Origin: an uncultured bacterium
GTDB taxonomy: Bacteria; Armatimonadota; Abditibacteriia; Abditibacteriales; Abditibacteriaceae
DNA length: 64,000 nucleotides
Assembly: GCA_963843795.1 (NCBI GenBank)
Contig: CAWJLW010000006.1
Span: 868,001 to 932,000, forward strand
Direction: 5' to 3'
In this document: one piece after another, positions 11,083 to 21,401 of the stretch
Layout: each line of letters opens with the position of its first letter
How positions within the stretch are numbered: the stretch's first letter is position 1
Position numbers and translations under genes: made by a program
Notes under the pieces: generated by a model
The model's database searches: none
Told to the model about the DNA's origin: nothing
Seen by the model: the letters and a program-made list of their open reading frames with translations, nothing else

Positions 11083-11994
11083 GGTTTCCTGCATCGCTTG
11101 GCCCAACAAGTTGAAGCCCATGACGGCGACGACGACGGCGATGCCGGGCGCGAGAATGATCCATGGCGCGCTTAAAATCCACGGTTGGCCTTCGCTAATC
11201 ATGCCGCCCCACGAAGGCGTTGAGGGTTCCACGCCCAAATTCAAAAACGATAAACCCGCTTCAAGCAGAATATTATTCGCGGTTGCCAAAGTCGCTAGCG
11301 TGATAATCGTTGGCAAAACGTTCGGCAGCAAATGAACGCGCAAAATGCGTCCATGCGAGCAGCCCATCGCGTGCGCGGCTTCGACGAACGGGCGTTCTTT
11401 GATCGATAGCACTTCGCCGCGCACTGCACGCGCGATTCCCGTCCACGTCACGAGCGCGATTGCCAGTAAAAGATTCAATAATTTGCGGTCGAAACTGACG
11501 CCATTGGGCAACACAATCGGATCGTCGGGCAGCACGCTGGCCAGAGCGATGGCGAGCAAAATCGTCGGCAAACTCAAGACGATTTCGGTGAAACGCATCA
11601 AGACGATGTCCACCCAGCCGCCGAAATATCCGCTCAGCAAACCAATGGTGGTGCCGATAATCGTCGCCGTGAACATCGCGCACACAGCGACAATGAGCGA
11701 AATGCGCGTGCCGTAAAGCGCACGTGTCCAAACATCGCGGCCCAGCGTATCGGCTCCGAGTAAAAACTTGCCATCGGGCGCATGCGGCGCGCCCAGATCG
11801 CTGAGCGCGTTAGGCAGGGTGGCGCGCGGGTCGATGGAAGAAATCTGCGGCGCAAAGATGGCGACGAAAATTAGCGAGGCGACAATGAAAATGCCGACTT
11901 GGGCCAATCGATGGCGCAATAAACGCGCGGCGAAACTGTTGGATGGGGCGCGTGGTACAACGCTTGAAACGGCGATTTCAGTGGGAGCGATCAT
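11068..11994 (-). CDS. Peptide ABC transporter permease (OppC/DppC family)
   Basis: LGADTLGRDV, FVEAAHAMG, HLLPNV, EAGLSFLNLG, PSWGGMI. Confidence 0.93.
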   Translation of the reverse strand: MIAPTEIAVSSVVPRAPSNSFAARLLRHRLAQVGIFIVASLIFVAIFAPQISSIDPRATLPNALSDLGAPHAPDGKFLLGADTLGRDVWTRALYGTRISLIVAVCAMFTATIIGTTIGLLSGYFGGWVDIVLMRFTEIVLSLPTILLAIALASVLPDDPIVLPNGVSFDRKLLNLLLAIALVTWTGIARAVRGEVLSIKERPFVEAAHAMGCSHGRILRVHLLPNVLPTIITLATLATANNILLEAGLSFLNLGVEPSTPSWGGMISEGQPWILSAPWIILAPGIAVVVAVMGFNLLGQAMQETLDRR

Positions 11995-12046
11995 GGAAAA
12001 CACGCGGAATTAAGCGCTGCAAGTACTTGCAGCGCATTGGAGATGC

Positions 12047-12475
12047 TTACTCATCGAGCATTTCGATGCGCTCGATGTGGCGTCCGCCTTCAAACGGCGT
12101 TTCGAGCCAAATATCAACGATTTTCAAAGCCAGCGTTTCATCGACCATGCGTTCACCAATAGAAAGGCAATTGGCGTTGTTGTGCATTCGTCCCAATCGT
12201 GCCGATTCTTCGTTCCAGCACAGCGCGCAGCGAACACCTTTTACGCGATTGGCGCAAATCGCTTCGCCATTGCCGCTGCCGCCGAGCACGATGCCGCGCT
12301 CGCATTCGCCCGCAGCCACAGCGCGCGCGGTCGGAAAAATCCACAGCGGATACGCGGTCGATTCGGGCGAATAAGTGCCGAAATCGACGACTTCGTGCCC
12401 CTTGTCTTCCAGATGTTTCTTGATGAGTTCTTTGTAAGCGAAACCGGCGTGGTCGCTACCGATGGCAATTTTCAT
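12047..12475 (-). CDS. rpiB: Ribose-5-phosphate isomerase B
   Basis: IGSDHAG, GGSGNGE, HNNAN, FEGGRH..R. Confidence 0.95.
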   Translation of the reverse strand: MKIAIGSDHAGFAYKELIKKHLEDKGHEVVDFGTYSPESTAYPLWIFPTARAVAAGECERGIVLGGSGNGEAICANRVKGVRCALCWNEESARLGRMHNNANCLSIGERMVDETLALKIVDIWLETPFEGGRHIERIEMLDE

Positions 12476-12553
12476 AACGCCATTTATTATGAGACATTCG
12501 CGCGACTGTCACCACGACACGACGCAAAAAATCGCCTGCAAGTACTTGCAGCA

Positions 12554-13444
12554 CTATTGAGCGGGCACAACAGCGATGGTTTGTGGCATGCGACGGCTGC
12601 CGCGAATTGTGACGCCCAGAACATTGGCTACCGCTCGCTCGCGGCCATCGCTGGGTCGATTGCGCACCTGCAATTGTCCACTGTCCGGGTCGCGCAATAA
12701 CAGTTCCGAACTGCCGCCGCCATCCAAATTCAGAGCGTCGCGGCAACCCAAATCGCGCATCAAAGCGGTCAATTCTTTCAAACTCATGCCGACGGCGCGA
12801 TTCGCGCTGCGGCCATCGACCACGACTAAAAGCAGCGTTTTTCCCTCGTCGCTCAAACCGACCGCAGTGCGCGGATGGCGCGAGTTGGCAAAGCTCGATT
12901 CTGGTGCGACAACATCTTTGCCGTCTTGCCGCAAAAGGTCGCTACCCGCAATCACCTGCCGCGCGTCATCAGGCAACTTCTGAAAGCGGGCGATACGCGC
13001 GCTGCCGTTTTTGTCGATTAAAAAAACCGGCCGATTTTCGACTGGTGGTGCCCATAAAAATCCATCGGTTGTCGCTGGGCCAACGACTTTGGCCCATTTG
13101 CCGGAAACGAAGCCCGACTTTGCGCCTTCAATATCGACGGTTTTGGCCGCGATGAAAAAATCGCCATTGACCGCGATTTCAAAATGTTCTCGTTCGGCAA
13201 TGGTTGATGGCGTTTGTAAAATCGTCTGATATTCGCCGTCGCCGTCCGGGTCGGAGCCACCGCGAGAAACTCGCACCGTGACATCGGGATCAGTTAAATC
13301 GATGCGTGTGATGAAAATTTGCTGCGCAGGTTCAGTCGTGGTGCGCTGTTCGTAGCGCACTTCGGGATAAGGCTGAGCCGACATTTCCGCCGCGTGTGTT
13401 GTGCTCGCTAAAGTCAATAAAAGGGCACAGATTTTGAATCGCAT
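12554..13444 (-). CDS. Secreted phosphodiester glycosidase (NAGPA/DUF2233 family)
   Basis: Signal peptide, AVNGDFF, RHPRTAVG, VVDGR, ALNLDGGGS. Confidence 0.9.
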   Translation of the reverse strand: MRFKICALLLTLASTTHAAEMSAQPYPEVRYEQRTTTEPAQQIFITRIDLTDPDVTVRVSRGGSDPDGDGEYQTILQTPSTIAEREHFEIAVNGDFFIAAKTVDIEGAKSGFVSGKWAKVVGPATTDGFLWAPPVENRPVFLIDKNGSARIARFQKLPDDARQVIAGSDLLRQDGKDVVAPESSFANSRHPRTAVGLSDEGKTLLLVVVDGRSANRAVGMSLKELTALMRDLGCRDALNLDGGGSSELLLRDPDSGQLQVRNRPSDGRERAVANVLGVTIRGSRRMPQTIAVVPAQ

Positions 13445-13497
13445 AAAAGTTTCCGTAGGTGAAATTGGCGCGACAAGTACTTAGTGCGGATTGAAGG

Positions 13498-14127
13498 TCA
13501 AAAATGGCCTTTGCGTTGGTCAATTTCCGCACCACTGACTACAGCGTAATGAAAAATCAAACTAAAGCGCGTACCAGTTTCACACGCTTTATGTAAGCGC
13601 GCGCGCATATTTTCCAAATCCGCAATGATGACAGCACTTTCTTGTAAAAGCTGTGGCTCGTTGCGTAGTTTTTGCAGCAATTGTTCGACGGTTTCTATCC
13701 CGCGTTCCGGCGTGTGCCAGATTACGGTTTCGCCATTCATATCGTCGGCAAAGCCGAAAGAAGAAAGCCGCGAAGTTTCGCTCGCCAGTGCATCCAAATC
13801 AGTGCAACGACGCGCCAGAACTTTGCTCCATACCCAGTCGCCAGAAACTTCGTTTTCAAAGTAAAGCGCAAGCAAAGGTTTTGCAAAAGCGGTGACAACG
13901 AAAGACCACAGCAGGCAAATTCCAACGGCACCGCTCAGCGCCGCGAGTGCCATAAATCCAATGTCATACAGTCCGCCAATGTAAAACAAAGTTGTAATCG
14001 CGCCAACAAAAGCGAACAGTTGAGCGAGAGTTTTCAAACTCTCTCGCTTGTCGTTAAGATGTTCGAGCGGATAGCCACTGCGCTTTCGTCTGCGCCGTTT
14101 GACCGAATCACCCCTGCGATGTTGCAT
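13498..14127 (-). CDS. Hypothetical membrane protein
   Basis: ATG at 14127 preceded by GGAG, which abuts the palindrome at 14140. Two TM segments. Confidence 0.6.
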   Translation of the reverse strand: MQHRRGDSVKRRRRKRSGYPLEHLNDKRESLKTLAQLFAFVGAITTLFYIGGLYDIGFMALAALSGAVGICLLWSFVVTAFAKPLLALYFENEVSGDWVWSKVLARRCTDLDALASETSRLSSFGFADDMNGETVIWHTPERGIETVEQLLQKLRNEPQLLQESAVIIADLENMRARLHKACETGTRFSLIFHYAVVSGAEIDQRKGHF

Positions 14128-14200
14128 TCGTTTGCTCCTGCAAGTACTTGCAACGCACTTATTTGGGTGCGCTTTGGTAAAATAGGGCGCGCTTTCACTC

Positions 14201-15886
14201 ATGGCCTCTACCGATTCTTCATCATCGCCAACGCGCACACCACAAATCTCGACCGCCATGACGGTTGGGCGCGCTTCGTGGGTGATGGCTGCCATGATCG
14301 GCTTGTCGCGTTTGACTGGTTTCGGTCGTATGATGCTGGTTTCGCATCTTTATGGCAACGGCCCGCAGGCTGCCGTTTTTGAAGCCGCGTTCAACATTCC
14401 CGATACGATTACTATTTTAATCGCTGGCGGTGCTCTTGCGACCGGTTTCGTGCCAGTTTTTACCTCGTATCTTTCGCGCGGCGAAACCGCAGCTGCGATT
14501 CGCACTTTTCGCGCGATGTGGACGCTGCTCGGACTCACTTTCGGCGCGATTACTTTGCTGCTGCTAGCGCTCACTTACACGCCGTTCATTCGCTGGCTCG
14601 CGCCGCAACAAGTCGATGCGCAATATTTCCCGCTTTATCTGCAATTGCTGCGCATTTTATTACTGGCGCAATTTTTTTTCGTACTTGGCGGATTGTTCGC
14701 GGGCACGCTCAACGCGCTACGCTTGTTCTGGTATCCGGCCTTGCAACCCGTGATGTTCAATGGCGGCATTATCGTCTTCGGCATTCTTTTGCCTTACGGT
14801 TTTGGCATGGGTATCGAAAGCCAGGCGTGGGGCGCGCTCGCGGGCGCGATTGTTGGTTCGTTGTTAATTCAATTGCCCGCTGTGCGCCGCAACGGTCTCA
14901 GTTTGAAACCGCTGTGGGATTTGAACGATCCGGGCGTCAAGAAAGTATTGATTAGCTTGTTGCCGATTGTTTTCGGTTTGGCCTCAGGCCAAATTATCGC
15001 CCTCAATTTGCCGCGCTTTTTGGCCGGTGCAATGCTGCCGGAAAGCGCGCTGCCTTCGATTGGTTACGCCAATCGCTTAATGCAAGTGCCACTCGATTTG
15101 TTAGCGTCTGGCCCCGCCATCGCCCTTTATCCAACGCTTTCCTTATTGGCCGCACAAAACGATACCGTTGCTTTACGCGAGCAAATTGCCGGTGCGATTC
15201 GGCGCACAGTTGTTTTGACGATGTTGGCAACAGCACTTCTGGCCGGTTTGCGCGTGCCGATTCTGCATTTGTTGCTGGAGCACGGCAAGTTTGGCCCGCG
15301 CGAAACCGTGCAAACCGCACCAGTTTTGGCGTGCTATGCGCTGTGCGTGGTCGGTTTAGGAGCGCAGCAAATTTTGGCGCGCGGCTTTTACGCCAGTGGC
15401 GATACCAAAAAACCCGTGATTATCGGTTTGGCGGCGATGGGCTTGTTTGCTTTTACGGCGCTGCTTGCGATGACAATTTGGCCACCGCAAGTACTTGCGG
15501 CTGGATTTTTGAGCAGCGGTGCCGCGCGCTTAGCGTTTTGCGCAGCGCTTTCCGCAGCGTTTTTGGGCGTGGCGATGTATCGTTCTCTGGGCGCGCGTCT
15601 GGGAGGGTGGGAAGAAACCGGTTTGTCGTCTGTGGTCGGAAAATCTTTGCTGTGTGCGCTGTTGTGTTTACTCGTCGCCCAAATTGTGGGCGATTTGGGT
15701 TTGAGTTGGGAAAGCCGAAACCTAACACCACAAACTCCAGAAATCGGGATTTATCTGGTGCGAGGTTTGATCGTTTTAGTGGGTACTTTGGCGGGCGCGG
15801 GCGCTTTTGTTTCCGTCGCAAAATTGCTGAAATTACCGCTTTCGTTGCCCAAAAAGAGCGCCAAAGTCTCGCCGCGCGTGTCTTAA
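14201..15886 (+). CDS. murJ: Lipid II flippase MurJ/MviN
   Basis: SRLTGFGR, AAFNIPD, FVPVF, YANRLMQVP, RGFYASGDTKKP and many TM helices. Confidence 0.92.
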   Translation: MASTDSSSSPTRTPQISTAMTVGRASWVMAAMIGLSRLTGFGRMMLVSHLYGNGPQAAVFEAAFNIPDTITILIAGGALATGFVPVFTSYLSRGETAAAIRTFRAMWTLLGLTFGAITLLLLALTYTPFIRWLAPQQVDAQYFPLYLQLLRILLLAQFFFVLGGLFAGTLNALRLFWYPALQPVMFNGGIIVFGILLPYGFGMGIESQAWGALAGAIVGSLLIQLPAVRRNGLSLKPLWDLNDPGVKKVLISLLPIVFGLASGQIIALNLPRFLAGAMLPESALPSIGYANRLMQVPLDLLASGPAIALYPTLSLLAAQNDTVALREQIAGAIRRTVVLTMLATALLAGLRVPILHLLLEHGKFGPRETVQTAPVLACYALCVVGLGAQQILARGFYASGDTKKPVIIGLAAMGLFAFTALLAMTIWPPQVLAAGFLSSGAARLAFCAALSAAFLGVAMYRSLGARLGGWEETGLSSVVGKSLLCALLCLLVAQIVGDLGLSWESRNLTPQTPEIGIYLVRGLIVLVGTLAGAGAFVSVAKLLKLPLSLPKKSAKVSPRVS

Positions 15887-15914
15887 ATAGAAATGAAAAA
15901 TTGGAGCAAATATT

Positions 15915-17309
15915 ATGAACGGATTTAGAACAGAACGCGATTCAATGGGCGAAGTGCAAGTGCCCAAAACCGCGCTTTACGGGGCACAAACCCAGCGCGC
16001 GGTCGATAACTTCCCCATTTCGGGGCTGCACTTTTCGCGCGCTTTTATTCGTGCACTGGCACTGGTCAAAGCAGCGGGTGCACAAGCGAATCAAGATTTG
16101 GAATTGTTGGAAAGCGAAAAAGCCGAGGCGATTGTCAAAGCTGCGCAGCAAGTCGCGCAGGGCGCGTTTGACGAACAGTTCCCAATTGATATTTTTCAAA
16201 CCGGCTCCGGTACTTCGACCAACATGAACGCCAACGAAGTCATTGCAACTTTGGCTTCGACGGATGATTTGAAAATTCATCCCAACGATGATGTCAATCG
16301 TGGCCAATCCTCGAACGATGTCATTCCGGCAGCGATTCATGTCGCGGCGGCGTGTGAAATTCACGACGAGCTTTTGCCCGCTTTAAAGTACTTGCAGCAA
16401 GGTTTGGAAGCGCGCGTCGAGGAAAATAAAGACGTCGTGAAAACTGGACGCACGCATTTGATGGACGCGATGCCGATTACGCTGGGTCAAGAAATTGGCG
16501 GTTGGGCATTTTCCGTTCAGTGCGCTATCGAGCGCATCGAAAGCAGCCTGCCGCGCTTGCAAGAACTGGCAACTGGCGGAACCGCAGTCGGCAGCGGTAT
16601 CAACGCGCATCCGGAAATGGGTGCGCGACTGGCGCAGAAAATCAGCGACTTGACCGGCGTTGAATTCCAAGAAACCCGCAATCATTTCACGGCGCAAGCC
16701 ACGATGGAAGCCGCTGTCGAAATGTCTGGGCAATTAAAAACTCTCGCGTCGAGCTTGTTCAAAATCGCCAACGATTTGCGCTGGATGAACAGCGGCCCGC
16801 AAGCCGGATTGGGCGAGATCACGCTGCCTTCTTTGCAGCCGGGTAGTTCGATTATGCCGGGCAAAATCAATCCTGTCATTCCCGAAGCCACGATGATGGC
16901 GTGCGCGCAAGTGATGGGTAACGATGTCACGATTAACTTTTCCAACGCTTCGGGCAACTTTCAATTGAACGTGATGCTGCCGGTGATTGCCTTGAATTTG
17001 TTGCAATCGATTCAATTAATGACTAATGTTTCGCGCCTGTTGATTGACAAAGCGATTCGTGACTTCGGTGTGCGCGCAGATGTGATGCAGGAACTGGTCG
17101 ATAAAAACCCGATTATGGTGACGGTTTTGAATCCGCTAATCGGCTACGACCGCGCTGCCGCGATTGCCAAGAAAGCCTACGCGCAGAATCGGCGTTTAAA
17201 AGATGTCGCGCTGGAAGACACCGATTTGTCAGCGGAAGAATTGGACACGTTGCTCAATGCCAAAGCAATGACTGAAGGCGGTATCAAGGGCGCTGGCGGA
17301 GGCGGTTGA
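15915..17309 (+). CDS. fumC: Class II fumarate hydratase
   Basis: RTERDSMGEV, QTGSGTSTNMNANE, GRTHLMDA, GSSIMPGKINP. Confidence 0.95.
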   Translation: MNGFRTERDSMGEVQVPKTALYGAQTQRAVDNFPISGLHFSRAFIRALALVKAAGAQANQDLELLESEKAEAIVKAAQQVAQGAFDEQFPIDIFQTGSGTSTNMNANEVIATLASTDDLKIHPNDDVNRGQSSNDVIPAAIHVAAACEIHDELLPALKYLQQGLEARVEENKDVVKTGRTHLMDAMPITLGQEIGGWAFSVQCAIERIESSLPRLQELATGGTAVGSGINAHPEMGARLAQKISDLTGVEFQETRNHFTAQATMEAAVEMSGQLKTLASSLFKIANDLRWMNSGPQAGLGEITLPSLQPGSSIMPGKINPVIPEATMMACAQVMGNDVTINFSNASGNFQLNVMLPVIALNLLQSIQLMTNVSRLLIDKAIRDFGVRADVMQELVDKNPIMVTVLNPLIGYDRAAAIAKKAYAQNRRLKDVALEDTDLSAEELDTLLNAKAMTEGGIKGAGGGG

Positions 17310-18403
17310 TGAAGTGGTCTAAATCGAAGAAATTGACGGGCTTTTCTTGCCCTCTTCCCCAACAGGAAGAAGGCAAGAAAGTTTGCTTCACCGCAATTCT
17401 AATCGCGCTGCAAGTACTTGCCACGCCCGTTCTCGCCCAGAACGCTCCGCAAGTACTTGCGCCGGTCGTGCAACCCGTCATTCCACCCGATGCCGGCGCG
17501 CCTGAACTGCCGGTGCCGCCGCCCGCGCCAGTTTTGGAACCGCACCCTTTTGTCTGGCGCGAATTAGCTTTCGATGGGTCGAATTCGATCAAAATTTACG
17601 AAGGCGATGCCGTCAATCAGCATGGTCAGCCGGTGCGTGCGTGGTACGCTGCTATAGACTACAACGATGAAGCTCTCCAAGCGCGTGCGATCTTATCGGA
17701 CGCGAGCCTTGGACGCGAACCAGCCAGCGCTCTGGCGCAAAAAAACGCGGCTTTAGTTGCGATTAACGGTGGTTATTTCGATGTGAAAAGTGTGCCGTCG
17801 AAAACATATAGCCTGGTGCTTAGCGACGGCCAAATTTTAGCGACCAATATCGCCGCAGCGACGCGTCCCAATGGGCGTTTTTTCTTGACGCGCGGTGCGT
17901 TTGGTATTCGCTCTGATCGCACATTTGACATCGCGTGGGTCGCGCATTTCGACCAACGCATCGTGGCTTTTCAAAATCCCACGCCCAACAGTTACTTCAA
18001 ACCTGCGCCAGCACCACAGGCCAAAGATGGCCGCGTATGGGAGATGAGCGAAGCGATTGGTGGCGCGCCCGTTCTTTTGAAGAATGGCGAAGTTCGCATT
18101 TCGAACGAAGCCGAAGCAATTCCTTTGGATATGACAACGGTGCGTCACCCGCGCACCGCGGTTGGCTGGAGCGGCGGCAAACGCTTAATATTTTTCGTCT
18201 GCGATGGCCGTCAGCCGTTATGGAGCATGGGCATGACGCTGCCCGAATTAGCGCAGACGCTGCGCGAATTGGGCTGCGTCGAGGCCTTGAATCTGGACGG
18301 AGGCGGCTCAGCCACATTCGTGGTTAATGGTCGCGCTTTGAATCGTCCCAGCGATGGCCGCGAGCGCAACGTCAGTTCGATTTTCGCGCTGCTGAAAAAA
18401 TGA
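17306..18403 (+). CDS. Secreted phosphodiester glycosidase (NAGPA family), second paralog
   Basis: AINGGYF, RHPRTAVG, DGR, ALNLDGGGS. Start uncertain. Confidence 0.85.
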   Translation: MMKWSKSKKLTGFSCPLPQQEEGKKVCFTAILIALQVLATPVLAQNAPQVLAPVVQPVIPPDAGAPELPVPPPAPVLEPHPFVWRELAFDGSNSIKIYEGDAVNQHGQPVRAWYAAIDYNDEALQARAILSDASLGREPASALAQKNAALVAINGGYFDVKSVPSKTYSLVLSDGQILATNIAAATRPNGRFFLTRGAFGIRSDRTFDIAWVAHFDQRIVAFQNPTPNSYFKPAPAPQAKDGRVWEMSEAIGGAPVLLKNGEVRISNEAEAIPLDMTTVRHPRTAVGWSGGKRLIFFVCDGRQPLWSMGMTLPELAQTLRELGCVEALNLDGGGSATFVVNGRALNRPSDGRERNVSSIFALLKK

Positions 18404-18431
18404 TGCTGCAAGTACTTGCAGCATCATTTTT
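18396..18431. terminator. 36-bp perfect palindrome filling a convergent gene junction, likely bidirectional terminator
   Basis: AAAAATGATGCTGCAAGT|ACTTGCAGCATCATTTTT. Confidence 0.75.
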
Positions 18432-19701
18432 ATTGAGGTTCGTTTAAGCGATATAAACGTTCGCCCGCTTTGCGCACCAGCAAAACGCCTTCGTCTTCCC
18501 GATTGGCGAAACTTTCGACATTTATCGTGTGGGGGTCGCGGTAACCAAGATTAATTTGTGCGCACATTTCCGGCGAAATTTGTGAAGCTAACGTAACCTT
18601 GATGCGCGGTTTTTCGATTCCGTTTTCCATCGTGCCGATGCCACGCACATGAGTCGAATGCGCTAAGACGCCCCATGGCAAATGCGAAAATTTGTCCCAC
18701 TGGCTGGTGAAATAATCGCGCGTGTGATAGCCGATTTGTTCAATTAAATGTCCATGCGTGACCGAAACTTGTGTGATGTGCGGTGCATAAATTATCAGTT
18801 CGCCATCATCGGCTACGACCGGCTCCAATTTATACATGCACTTGCCGCCCGTCCACAAATCTTCATACATCGGCGGCGCGCACGAAAGCACGGTTTTAAA
18901 AGCGCGCGGTTTGGTGATGACGTTGACGTGTGCGCTGAGATCGGCAGCGGGCGACCATGCGGCTCGCGGCGTTCCCGCATATAAGCCGCGCAGGTCAGTG
19001 CCTTCGACAACAGCGCAAAATGCGAGTTTGGGCACATTCAAGAAATCGGCGGCGCGGTCGATAACTTCACGAACCGGCGTCCATTTGTGGCCGATAATTT
19101 TCGCATTGGTGATCAGAGCCGACATCCAGTGGAAAAAGTTGAGAATATCCGGCCCGCCCACGCCAGGAAATAAATATTTGTTGCCCCCGGAAAATCCGAC
19201 AACTTCATGGGGGAAAACCGGACCAACGATCACGATTAAATCGTAATCTAAAACGCGTCGGTTGATTTGCACATCGACATCCATCGAAAGTTGATTTTCG
19301 GATAAACGGGCAATTTCTGCGCGCCCGATAGTTCCAATGGTTTGCAATTGATTTGTGTCGTCCCAGGCGTGATTGAAAATTTGCACTGCACGAAAAACGC
19401 CGGTGCGTTCTTGGGACGTTATTTCCAGCCGAGCATTAATTTGCTCGTCATTCAAAGGCTGGTGCGTGCCCAAAGCGATCATCACGTCAATCTGTTGCAC
19501 GCGCTTGTGAACACAATTGTGAATGCAGCGGAAAATTGGGCCAACGGGCGCGGTGCGCGTGTTATCGGGCACGATGAGAAGCACTTTGGCGCCATCAATT
19601 TCCAATTGTTGAAAAGCGCGCGCCACGATGTTGCTGATTTCGCCTTGACTGAGAACAGTGTCGGGCAGCCCGACGCCGATTGGGGTTTCAAAAATTTCCA
19701 T
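18430..19701 (-). CDS. Lactate racemase domain (LarA/DUF2088 family) protein
   Basis: VPDNTRT, IALGTH, FPHEVVGFSGGNKYLFPG. ATG 19701 overlaps the upstream stop codon. Confidence 0.8.
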   Translation of the reverse strand: MEIFETPIGVGLPDTVLSQGEISNIVARAFQQLEIDGAKVLLIVPDNTRTAPVGPIFRCIHNCVHKRVQQIDVMIALGTHQPLNDEQINARLEITSQERTGVFRAVQIFNHAWDDTNQLQTIGTIGRAEIARLSENQLSMDVDVQINRRVLDYDLIVIVGPVFPHEVVGFSGGNKYLFPGVGGPDILNFFHWMSALITNAKIIGHKWTPVREVIDRAADFLNVPKLAFCAVVEGTDLRGLYAGTPRAAWSPAADLSAHVNVITKPRAFKTVLSCAPPMYEDLWTGGKCMYKLEPVVADDGELIIYAPHITQVSVTHGHLIEQIGYHTRDYFTSQWDKFSHLPWGVLAHSTHVRGIGTMENGIEKPRIKVTLASQISPEMCAQINLGYRDPHTINVESFANREDEGVLLVRKAGERLYRLNEPQ

Positions 19702-20579
19702 TATTTTGTCTCTTGTTTTATTGCTTGTTGTTTCGCGCGCTGTTCGCTTTCCCGAGTGACCGCAAGGCGCCATAAATTTCGCAATTGCGCCACAATCTTC
19801 GTTTGGCGCGCGCGAAAAAATCCGCTTTCCTCGTTGATAATTGAAACTACGCAGCGTGGCCCCGTCACCGCGTTGGTGAGAAAAATTTCCTCTGCCTGGG
19901 CCAGATTTTCAATCGCCCATGCGCCTTCTTTTACTACCAGATTCGCGTTTCTTGCGATTTCCATCAACAGCGCACGACCAATGCCGGGCAGCGCACCACA
20001 ATCGAGTGCAGGTGTGTAGATTTCGCCGTTTTTTACCCAAAATAAGTTCGAGCGTGCACCTTCGCACAAATCACCGTTGCTGTTACAATAAATCGCCTCG
20101 TCGCAACCACGTTTTTGCGCTTGCTCCCACAGCCATTGCCACGGCGCGTAGGAAGTGCATTTCACGCCGCACAACGGGCGGTTGGCGCTGATGCGCTGTG
20201 GCGCAAGCCACAAGCAAATATCCTCAGAAACCACTTTGGATTCTATCGCAGAAATTAATAGCGAAGCGCCGGTATTTGGATTCCAGCGACCATCGCCCAT
20301 TCCGCACAAAGTCAGGCGCGCAATGCCGTTTTCGATCTGGTTAGCGGCAATAATTTCATCGCAAGCGCGCCCGATTGTGGCATCGTCGAACGGGCAAACC
20401 AGATTCATTTGTGCCCCGTCGCGATGCAAACGTGCGATGTGGCGGGCGAGCCACAGCGGTTGCGAGTTTCGGATGGCAAGCGTGCTGAAAACGCCCCAGC
20501 CGCTGAGGTTACTGGCGCTGAGTGGGCTGGCGCGCGCGGCGTGGGCATCGTAAATTTGATTGTCGAGCCAGATGAGCAT
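19701..20579 (-). CDS. Class IV aminotransferase / aminodeoxychorismate lyase (PabC/IlvE-like)
   Basis: HIARL, KCTSY, EGARSNLFWVKNGEIYTP, LPGIGR, EEIFLTNA. Confidence 0.85.
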   Translation of the reverse strand: MLIWLDNQIYDAHAARASPLSASNLSGWGVFSTLAIRNSQPLWLARHIARLHRDGAQMNLVCPFDDATIGRACDEIIAANQIENGIARLTLCGMGDGRWNPNTGASLLISAIESKVVSEDICLWLAPQRISANRPLCGVKCTSYAPWQWLWEQAQKRGCDEAIYCNSNGDLCEGARSNLFWVKNGEIYTPALDCGALPGIGRALLMEIARNANLVVKEGAWAIENLAQAEEIFLTNAVTGPRCVVSIINEESGFFRARQTKIVAQLRNLWRLAVTRESEQRAKQQAIKQETK

Positions 20580-20664
20580 AAAGAAATTATGACTGCTGCT
20601 GATAAATAAGTGCGAGCAATAAAGACACGCGAAGCGCGGTCGAGCGCGTGATACACTGCCACGA

Positions 20665-21393
20665 ATGCAATCGGAAGCGTTGCCCGCGCGTGTGCTGGTG
20701 ACAGGCGCGAGCGGCGTTCTGGGCGGTGCCATTGCGCGCGCGCTGTGTCAAAATCTGTCGCGCGAAACTGCCGCGCAACGCGTCATTGCGACTTATGGTC
20801 GCAATCAGGACGCTGCGCAGGTTTTGCAAGATGAAACCGCTTGTGAAATAGTGCGCGTCGATGTGTGCGATGAAGCCGATGTCGCAAACCTGTTCCGCGT
20901 TTATGCGCCGATTGGGGCTGTGGTTCATGCGGCGGGCGTTTCGCACAACAGTTTGATGGTGCGCACTTCGCGCGACAATTGGCACGACACGTTGCGCGTG
21001 AATCTGGACAGCGCGTTTTTGGTGCTGCGCGCAGCGTTGAACGATTTGTCAGATGGTGGGCGCGTGGTTTTGCTGGCATCGCGCGTGGGCGAAAATGGTG
21101 CGCGCGGGCAATGCGCTTATGCGGCGAGCAAAGCGGCTTTAATAGCGCTGATGAAATGTGCGGCGCGCGAAGGTGCGGCGCGCGAAATCGCGGTCAACGC
21201 GATTTGTCCGGCGTTCACGGTTTCCGCAATGACAGCGTTGGAGCCGGAAATTTTGCGCGCGCAACGCGGTCGTGATGTGTTTGGAAAGTTGGGCCAGAGC
21301 AGCAGCACGGCACTTTTGGCGCGCTGGCTGTTGAGCGCAGAAGCGAACGGCATTAGCGGGCAAGTTTTTCACGCCGATGCCCGTTTAGGTTGA
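20665..21393 (+). CDS. Short-chain dehydrogenase/reductase, FabG-like
   Basis: VTGASGVLG, catalytic YAASK, VNAICP, ISGQVFHAD. Confidence 0.85.
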   Translation: MQSEALPARVLVTGASGVLGGAIARALCQNLSRETAAQRVIATYGRNQDAAQVLQDETACEIVRVDVCDEADVANLFRVYAPIGAVVHAAGVSHNSLMVRTSRDNWHDTLRVNLDSAFLVLRAALNDLSDGGRVVLLASRVGENGARGQCAYAASKAALIALMKCAAREGAAREIAVNAICPAFTVSAMTALEPEILRAQRGRDVFGKLGQSSSTALLARWLLSAEANGISGQVFHADARLG

Positions 21394-21401
21394 GAAAAAG
21401 A

